The notes under the pieces are model-generated. The model was not told where the DNA came from and did no database searches. It saw only the letters and a list, made by a program, of their open reading frames with translations. A DNA stretch of 32,000 nucleotides from Candidatus Brocadia sp. (GTDB lineage Bacteria; Planctomycetota; Brocadiia; Brocadiales; Brocadiaceae), in NCBI GenBank assembly GCA_021650915.1, contig CP091279.1:360001-392000 (forward strand), given 5' to 3'. This document shows, one piece after another, positions 26,006 through 32,000 of this stretch; position 1 is the first letter of the stretch, and every line of letters starts with the position of its first letter. The position numbers and the translations under genes were made by a program.

Positions 26006-26377
26006 ATGATCCCGGAAAAACTGCTGGAAATTATGAAAAAGGATGGTGTCGTTGCCATTGCGACCGTGGGAAAGGATGGACCGCATATGGTCAACACCTG
26101 GAATAGCTACATCAGAATATCATCAGACGGACGATTGTTTATTCCGGCAGGTTACATGCATAAAACAGAGGCTAACATTGCCTACAACCCCAATGTGCTG
26201 ATTACGCTGGGAAGCAGCAAGGTTAAGGGCTTGCATGGCGCAGGTGCCGGTTTCTTAATCAAGGGAAAGGCGACGTTCATAACATCCGGACCAGATTTTG
26301 ATTTCATGAAGGAGAAATTCAGCTGGCTGCGTGCCACATTGGCCATTACCATCGATTCCGCGACTCAAACCTGGTAA
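26006..26377 (+). CDS. Pyridoxamine 5'-phosphate oxidase-like FMN-binding split-barrel protein (cassette 4)
   Basis: The ATG at 26006 is preceded by AAGGAGG. MIPEKLLEIMKKDGVVAIATVGKDGPHMVNTWNSYI...NIAYNPNVLITLGS...GFLIKGKATF fits the PNPOx-like family. The ORF-track TTG start at 25961 lies inside attC site C. Confidence 0.65.
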   Translation: MIPEKLLEIMKKDGVVAIATVGKDGPHMVNTWNSYIRISSDGRLFIPAGYMHKTEANIAYNPNVLITLGSSKVKGLHGAGAGFLIKGKATFITSGPDFDFMKEKFSWLRATLAITIDSATQTW

Positions 26378-26383
26378 AGATAA

Positions 26384-26415
26384 GTTGGGAATTCTGGGGG
26401 ACACCATGCTTAATT
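26384..26415 (-). repeat. Uninterrupted copy Y of the 32-bp repeat, inverted relative to copy X
   Basis: The plus strand reads GTTGGGAATTCTGGGGGACACCATGCTTAATT. Its reverse complement AATTAAGCATGGTGTCCCCCAGAATTCCCAAC matches the joined intron flanks. Confidence 0.75.
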
Positions 26416-26491
26416 ATTGACATTAATTTTAAAATAGTTAAGATGTATGCATACTACTATTCATCAACTTCTTGTTTTTTCTGAGTGTTTT

Positions 26492-28048
26492 TCATGCAGC
26501 CATTTCCGTAAGCGCTTTAATATCAAGGGCTGAAGCAGTCATCAGCGAACAAGGGAACTTCTGGCCTTTCTCCGTCAAGACATAGCGGTTGGCCCGTGGA
26601 ACTTTGCGGATTAGGCCGTGTGCCCGCAGCAGCTTTATCCGTCGGGCCGTACGACCGGAATACTTCTTTTGCTGATCCTTGCCGGCTTGTTCTGATTCCC
26701 GGTAAAGCCACTTACGCAAATCATGGTTGCGGAATCCGTTTATCGCGTTCTCACCTTTGGACAGGAACATCAGCATCCGGTAATCATCCTGCTGCCAGGG
26801 ATTCAAACCCCGATACCTCTTGCCCTCTTTGACAACCTTGTTACAAGCGCCGCACACCACTTCCTTCAGTTTCTCCTCCACCTGAGCCGCCGCTAAAGCA
26901 TCCCCATAACGATCGTTGCATTGCTGGCTCACCTCACACCGTCGATGAAGATCGCTCACGCCCTTACGCATCTTCTGCCATGACGCCGGTTTGCCTTCAT
27001 CATCATTGGGACTCCGAAAGACCTTAAAGTCCCGCGTATTATTGATCGTTGTCTCAATACGCAAGAGACTGCCGCTCTTGTTATACATCTTCACTGAATT
27101 ATAATTCACCCTGTGCTTAACCCGTATACCTTCATAGCGTCTTCGGTAGTCGCTGATAACCTCATCAGGAGCACTGCCTCCAAGGCTACGCCTACCCAAA
27201 TACTTCATCACCGAAGGACTGTCGCAAACCCGCATCGCATGATGAACAAACGACGGAAACAATTCCTCCAATGTCGCAACCGATTTAAACATGATGTCCG
27301 TCGCCCACTCCGTCTCATCCGCCGACCAGTAATACTCCGGTTCCAACGGACGAAGAACCTGCGACAATGCCGGGCAACTGCCCAACGCAAGACCGTTCAG
27401 CAGCTTCGCCCAGTCAGTCTTAAGCTGCTCATGGAGCAGTCCCTGCGCAGCCGCAATATCCTCTATGCGCACAAAACAGTTGCCGTCCTTAACATAATCA
27501 ATACCCTGCTTCTGAAGTTGCCGCTCCAGCCAGTGACGTCCGTTAAGACAAATGAAGATGTTGAACGGTACCCAACTCTGAATCCGGACATGACCAAAGC
27601 CAAACACCGGATCGTTAAAATAATGATACACAAAGACACACTTGCGGGGCTCCATCACCAACTTGAGCTTCTTGCTGGCCTTGTTGCCCTTAACCTTCGG
27701 CGCAATACAAGGCTCTACCACACTCAACAGACAGATGGAGCCTTCTGTAATCCTCTTGTCCTTCGCAATCTGGCGAGCCAGCTTATCCTTATCAACACCG
27801 CTGCTTGCCAAATATCTCACCTCAATACCCAAATCTTTCGCCCGCGATTCACAACTCTCCCGCACCTGTGCCGTAAGACCATTGACCCAATCGGAAAAAT
27901 CCTTCAGCAAAATCCTCGCATAACTCATGTATGTGCTCAGCCCCCGCTCACTGGCCAACCACCTCAATGTCCCTCGAAAACGAATCCTGTCCAGACCGCT
28001 TATTGCACCCATGATTCTGTCTCGATATAATTCCATCAACTTCTTCAT
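26492..28048 (-). CDS. Conserved hypothetical protein, 518 aa, possibly associated with a mobile element
   Basis: Long ORF with strong coding character; the 305-aa antisense ORF is low-complexity. I recognise no catalytic motif. The C-terminus RRIKLLRAHGLIRKVPRANRYVLTEKG looks like a winged-helix segment. It lies between the cassette array and IS debris. Confidence 0.55.
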   Translation of the reverse strand: MKKLMELYRDRIMGAISGLDRIRFRGTLRWLASERGLSTYMSYARILLKDFSDWVNGLTAQVRESCESRAKDLGIEVRYLASSGVDKDKLARQIAKDKRITEGSICLLSVVEPCIAPKVKGNKASKKLKLVMEPRKCVFVYHYFNDPVFGFGHVRIQSWVPFNIFICLNGRHWLERQLQKQGIDYVKDGNCFVRIEDIAAAQGLLHEQLKTDWAKLLNGLALGSCPALSQVLRPLEPEYYWSADETEWATDIMFKSVATLEELFPSFVHHAMRVCDSPSVMKYLGRRSLGGSAPDEVISDYRRRYEGIRVKHRVNYNSVKMYNKSGSLLRIETTINNTRDFKVFRSPNDDEGKPASWQKMRKGVSDLHRRCEVSQQCNDRYGDALAAAQVEEKLKEVVCGACNKVVKEGKRYRGLNPWQQDDYRMLMFLSKGENAINGFRNHDLRKWLYRESEQAGKDQQKKYSGRTARRIKLLRAHGLIRKVPRANRYVLTEKGQKFPCSLMTASALDIKALTEMAA

Positions 28049-28110
28049 TGTAGTACCCTCTAAATTGTCTGATTACTATTTACGAGGATAATACTATACC
28101 TTATAATAGA

Positions 28111-28320
28111 CTAAAAATCACACTTTGGTTGCGGCCAAAGGCCGCGCCAAGATGTCCCTATATCTCTGGCCACCTTTTGCACCTGTTCCCCCTCAAGTAG
28201 CTTTTTAATGATTCTGGCGCGCTCAACAAGCCGCCATTCCATACCCCGACTATTGACCCACTCATATAGAGTCTGCCAATCACTCTCGGAACAATAAGGT
28301 ATTGGTGCTTTTCTTGCCAT
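28111..28320 (-). pseudogene. N-terminal HTH fragment of an IS630-family-like transposase
   Basis: MARKAPIPYCSESDWQTLYEWVNSRGMEWRLVERARIIKKLLEGEQVQKVARDIGTS resembles the HTH N-terminus of IS630-type transposases. The reading frame then runs into a GC-rich hairpin repeat (TTGGTTGCGGCC-AAA-GGCCGCGCCAA, 28124-28150) and stops. No DDE domain follows. Confidence 0.5.
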
Positions 28321-28640
28321 TGTAGTCCCCCTTTGTAAGAAATAAAACAGAGTCTACAATATTTAAGTTATTTATGCAAGTAAACACTAGTATACAGACA
28401 TATTAATTACGAATTATATATTGTGGACAATTATAATTAGTGTCTGAACGAAAACGCACTTTTTGTAAAAGTGCGAGGTCGATTTTCTATTTACCAATAG
28501 ATAATTTTAAGATTTGAGATTAGGGTTTTTGGCAAAAATACTGTTCTTTTACATATTTCCCTTGTTTTCCCCTTTATTTTAGCCTTGTCTGGGCGTACCT
28601 GCCTCCCGGCAGACTGTTTTTCTTCGTGTTTTTTGCTTGC

Positions 28641-29402
28641 TTAGGCGGCTTTTCGCAACTTTTCGCACTGCTTCCGTGCCTTCTCCTGCAGCACGTTTCC
28701 CAGCTTGTGCAAATTCGCAGCTAACACGCCCATTGCACAATATCTTTTAAAGGCATGCAGCCCTTTGTCCGGACACCTATCCAAGCCGTGATGCTCCAAA
28801 CGATTGATATCCGATTCTACCGCCGAGTGCTTGTGCCTTAGCTTCTTAAATGTCTTACCCGATTCCTCTTCCTGTTCCGCCTTATTCTTCTTGCCCTTCT
28901 TGGGAAGGATTACCTCTGGTATATACAAACTCAGCAACTCTTTATTCTCTTTCTTGTAAAAACCTTTATCAAAACTTATACTCTTTATTGTGCCTTCTCC
29001 GTAACGGCTCAACAACCTATCTGCCAATGGAATTACCAACGATACATCCGCCTGTTTTTCTCCTACCACATGGTCCACGATGAAACCCCACTGATCGCTT
29101 GCTACCAGAATATTATGTCCCAACTCTACCCTTTTGTTTGACTTGCCTTTGTACAGCCACTCCGTATGCGGCTCAAACAACGAATGAACCTTTTCTGCCG
29201 CCGGTATTACCTCATCCCGGATCACCCTTCTCTCCACCAGGTCTATCTGTTTATTCAACATCCCGTGAAAATACTCCAGTGTCCCTATTTTCCCTGCATG
29301 CTTGTCTACCTGGTTCGTCGTTAGCACCTTTTCGTAGATGGCTAACAGACTCGCTCCTATCTTTTCACTCAAACCCCTCGATAATTCCAAGTAACTCCTC
29401 AC
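28641..29402 (-). CDS. IS transposase C-terminal part (orfB), +1 frame relative to orfA
   Basis: 253 aa. Homology continues across the orfA/orfB junction if one nt is skipped in the G7A5 run at 29415-29427 (..SSGGKNKEEHVRSYLELSRGLSEKI..). The C-terminal part carries SFDKGFY and HSAVESDINRLEHHGLDRC motifs. Confidence 0.75.
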   Translation of the reverse strand: MRSYLELSRGLSEKIGASLLAIYEKVLTTNQVDKHAGKIGTLEYFHGMLNKQIDLVERRVIRDEVIPAAEKVHSLFEPHTEWLYKGKSNKRVELGHNILVASDQWGFIVDHVVGEKQADVSLVIPLADRLLSRYGEGTIKSISFDKGFYKKENKELLSLYIPEVILPKKGKKNKAEQEEESGKTFKKLRHKHSAVESDINRLEHHGLDRCPDKGLHAFKRYCAMGVLAANLHKLGNVLQEKARKQCEKLRKAA

Positions 29403-30105
29403 ATGCTCTTCCTTGTTTTTCCCCCCCGCTGCTTGACGCCTTTGCGCTTATCCTCATCAGCTTTTTTAACTCTCTCCTCCAATATTTGCTCTTGCGCCAT
29501 CCTTTCCCCGCCAGGATGCCTTCCTCTATTGCATCCTCTATCATGTCCAGACTCTTGCGTCCCGCATCCCACAATAAATTCATATCGGTCGGAAAGTGTA
29601 CATTCGTCTCTAACACATACGTATCCACCTTAATACACAGTCCTTCGTCCTTTTTTTTAACCAACTGATGCCCCGATGATATCACCACTTCATTTATCTG
29701 CCTGAGGGTCTCCTCATCCAACAATCTTATATTGTCCTTGATGCTCTGCATCGAAAAAACCTTCGCCTCTCCAAATGCCGTCTCAACCCCCATTATCTGC
29801 CTGATAAGTTTGTGATGGTTGGCAAAATCCTCCAACCTGTCATAATCGGCATCTAACCCTAATCTTACCACCGACAACACCAAAATATGCCATAAATCCA
29901 TCCCATATCTTCCCGTCTTTTTCTTCCCCTTCGTTACCTTCGCCTCTAATATCCGGAATACCTCCTCGTTCAACTCCGGTGTAACATAGATATGTTGCAA
30001 CGCCCTCAGTATCGGTGGTAGCTCATCTCGACTCTTTATTGGCAGTTTTACCCCTGAAATGGGTATGATGCCAAGCTTCAATTGCTGCTCAAATCTCTTT
30101 CTCAT
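29365..30105 (-). CDS. IS transposase N-terminal part (orfA)
   Basis: 246 aa. MRKRFEQQLKLGIIPISGVKLPIKSRDELPPILRALQ...GMDLWHILVLSVVRLGLDADYDRL...DTYVLETNVHFPTDMNLLWDA is typical of ISNCY/IS5-like DDE transposases. Confidence 0.75.
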   Translation of the reverse strand: MRKRFEQQLKLGIIPISGVKLPIKSRDELPPILRALQHIYVTPELNEEVFRILEAKVTKGKKKTGRYGMDLWHILVLSVVRLGLDADYDRLEDFANHHKLIRQIMGVETAFGEAKVFSMQSIKDNIRLLDEETLRQINEVVISSGHQLVKKKDEGLCIKVDTYVLETNVHFPTDMNLLWDAGRKSLDMIEDAIEEGILAGKGWRKSKYWRRELKKLMRISAKASSSGGEKQGRACEELLGIIEGFE

Positions 30106-30385
30106 CTTCTATCGAATGTCCTTTGGCTAGTGGGTTAATGAACCGAATATTTGGACTCTTTATACCCAGAATCCCTTCATTTTCGCCATATTTTACCCTT
30201 TTACCCGAAAAAATTCAATGACTTTCATGAACATTTTTCACCAGCTTCTCCTTACTTTACAGGGCTCTGGGGGGTTTCCGTTCAAACACTAATTATATCG
30301 CGCCGCAAAACAGTATTTATATGTTTCGTTATTAATATGTCTCTACGCTAGCTTTTTAAGGAATGTCAGACCCGGTGTGTGGTCG

Positions 30386-31195
30386 TCAATTTGTAAAGGT
30401 TGCCTGGATGATCTTGAGTATCTCATGCTGAATTCCCTTCGTACCAGCGACGATATTGCCGGTTTTTAAATAACGGCTACCACCCTTGAAGTCTGTGACC
30501 ACACCGCCCGCTTCTGTCACCAGAAGCGCACCCGCAGCTACGTCCCATGGCGAGAGGGCGCATTCGAAAAAACCGCCAAAGATCCCCTCTGCGGTATAAG
30601 CCAGGTCAAGGCAGGCGGAACCTCCCCTCCTGATGCCACGGGCGCGCAGAAAACAATCTTTTAATACCCTGAGGTAGGAATCGATAATGTCTTTTATCCG
30701 AAAGGGAAAGCCCGTTGCGATCAGGGCAGAAGCCATGGTTTCCGCGCGGGAGACATGGATACGGTTGTTGTTTTTAAAAGAGCCTTGTTCCCGTATTGCA
30801 GAATAGATATTTTCTCTCAGCGGTTCGTAGATAAGACCCATTGCGAGATTCCCCTCGATCTCTAAGGCGATGGAAACGGCAAAACCCGGCAGACCGTGAA
30901 TATAGTTCATAGTGCCATCCAGGGGGTCTATGATCCACAAAAATTCAGACGAATTTCTTTCTGCCAGGGATTCTTCCGCCAGGATGTCATGGTTCTTGAA
31001 ATGAGACTTGATGTAACTTTTAATGATGTCTTCAGATTTTTTGTCTACATCAGTGACGTAATCGTTTTTGGCCTTTTCATTGATCATGGAAGCGCTTACC
31101 TTTCCGAAGTGCTCTTTTAAAATAACCCCTGCCTTCAGGGCGGCCTCGCGCGCAATATTACAATAGTTCTGTAAATCGTGTGGAGTTGTTTGCAT
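30386..31195 (-). CDS. suhB: Inositol monophosphatase family protein (SuhB-like)
   Basis: The IMPase motifs are WIIDPLDGTMNYIHGLP and the distal WDVAAG. The ATG at 31195 is preceded by GGAAGGAAAG, while the ORF-track start at 31219 is a TTG. Confidence 0.85.
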   Translation of the reverse strand: MQTTPHDLQNYCNIAREAALKAGVILKEHFGKVSASMINEKAKNDYVTDVDKKSEDIIKSYIKSHFKNHDILAEESLAERNSSEFLWIIDPLDGTMNYIHGLPGFAVSIALEIEGNLAMGLIYEPLRENIYSAIREQGSFKNNNRIHVSRAETMASALIATGFPFRIKDIIDSYLRVLKDCFLRARGIRRGGSACLDLAYTAEGIFGGFFECALSPWDVAAGALLVTEAGGVVTDFKGGSRYLKTGNIVAGTKGIQHEILKIIQATFTN

Positions 31196-31223
31196 GAGTG
31201 GGATTCTTTCCTTCCGCAAGAGC

Positions 31224-32000
31224 CTACAACAGATTTTGTCCCGTCAGGGCTTTGTAGGCATTGAGGTATTTTTCTGAAGTCTTTTGGATAATTTCGGGTG
31301 GGAGCGTTGGTGCCGGTGGTTTCTTGTCCCAATGGACGCTCTCAAGGTAGTCACGGATAAACTGTTTGTCATAAGAGTGCTGGGGTTTTCCCGGCACATA
31401 GCCGTCTTGTGGCCAAAAGCGTGAGGAATCTGGCGTAAGCGCCTCGTCGATGAGTATCGTTGTATTCTTCTCTGTAATACCCCATTCAAACTTGGTGTCG
31501 CAGATAATAATGCCCCGGTCAAGCGCATAGTCGCGGGCGAGGAGATACAGTTTCATGCTTTTTTCTTTCAATTCTTCGGCGAGATTTTTACCAATCATGT
31601 CGGTAACTTTTGAAAAAGTGATATTTTCATCGTGTCCAATGGTCGCCTTCGTGGATGGAGTAAAGATAGGCTCAGGAAGCGGATCCGATTCTTTGAGCCC
31701 CGCCGGCAGTTTTATGCCACAAATGGAATGGGTTTTTTGGTACTCCTTCCATCCGGAGCCTGCCAGATAACCGCGAACGACACACTCTACGGGAATGACC
31801 TTCACTTTCTTTACCAGCATAGCCCTGCCTGCCAGGATGTCTTTGTGCCGCGATATTACCGGGTTGCCCATTTGTTCTATGTGAGTGGTAATCAAGTGGT
31901 TTTCTATGATACGAGAGGTATAGTTGAACCAGAATTCAGAGAGTCCGGTAAGTACCTGTCCTTTGTAAGGAATGCCGCTGGGCAGGATAACATCAAAGGC
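31224..32000 (-). CDS. purC: Phosphoribosylaminoimidazole-succinocarboxamide (SAICAR) synthase; the 5' end lies outside the window
   Basis: VIPVECVVRGYLAGSGWKEYQ...FTPSTKA..GHDENI...ICDTKFEWG are PurC motifs. The frame stays open upstream of the first Met to the window edge (..FDVILPSGIPYKGQVLTGLSEFWFNYTSRIIENHLI..). Confidence 0.85.
   Translation of the reverse strand, partial: AFDVILPSGIPYKGQVLTGLSEFWFNYTSRIIENHLITTHIEQMGNPVISRHKDILAGRAMLVKKVKVIPVECVVRGYLAGSGWKEYQKTHSICGIKLPAGLKESDPLPEPIFTPSTKATIGHDENITFSKVTDMIGKNLAEELKEKSMKLYLLARDYALDRGIIICDTKFEWGITEKNTTILIDEALTPDSSRFWPQDGYVPGKPQHSYDKQFIRDYLESVHWDKKPPAPTLPPEIIQKTSEKYLNAYKALTGQNLL

Larger units (their letters stand above)
28440..30289 (-). 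mobile_element. IS element copy 2 (1850 bp), the more intact copy
   Basis: It has the same inverted repeats as copy 1. The 6-bp direct repeat TAATTA lies at 28434-28439 and 30290-30295. It is inserted inside a roughly 110-bp palindromic element with arms at 28387-28407 and 30331-30351. Confidence 0.85.

Noticed and set aside
27113-28030. 305-aa plus-strand ORF.
   Set aside because: It is antisense to the 518-aa ORF. It is Arg/Leu/Thr/Gln-rich and low-complexity, whereas the minus frame has balanced composition.

Overview
32 kb bacterial chromosomal window. GC is roughly low 40s percent by eye. Gene content and the families of small palindromic repeats recall anammox or Planctomycete-type environmental genomes, but this cannot be verified here. 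No rRNA, tRNA or CRISPR array was seen.

Block 1 (1-11.8 kb, all minus strand) is a c-di-GMP-wired exopolysaccharide cluster. It holds a processive GT2 synthase with two C-terminal PilZ domains, a small TPR membrane protein and a PAS-GAF-PAS-PAS hybrid histidine kinase with two REC domains. It also holds an Hpt protein, a REC-GGDEF-HD-GYP regulator, an HDOD protein and a secreted TPR protein.

Block 2 (11.8-18.1 kb) starts with an intergenic region carrying two nested palindromic, MITE-like elements. A geranylgeranyl-reductase-family flavoprotein and uppP follow. Then comes a four-gene ATGA-coupled operon: FtsX/MacB-type permease, ABC ATPase, a Cys/His-rich polytopic membrane protein and a NosL-like protein.

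Block 3 (18.2-30.3 kb) is an accessory, mobile island.
- Two near-identical 1.85 kb IS copies each have their own 6-bp TA-NN-TA target duplication, and one splits a vapC toxin gene.
- It contains vapB, hicBA and truncated gene fragments.
- A group II intron is inserted in a 32-bp repeat whose uninterrupted copy lies 2 kb away.
- An array of small gene cassettes is separated by attC-like (integron 59-be-like) sites, with no integrase in the window.
- It also has a 518-aa uncharacterised ORF and an IS630-type HTH fragment.

Three of the four toxin genes in the island are inactivated, each by a different lesion, while their antitoxin genes are intact.

Block 4 (30.4-32 kb) holds an inositol monophosphatase family gene and purC (partial).
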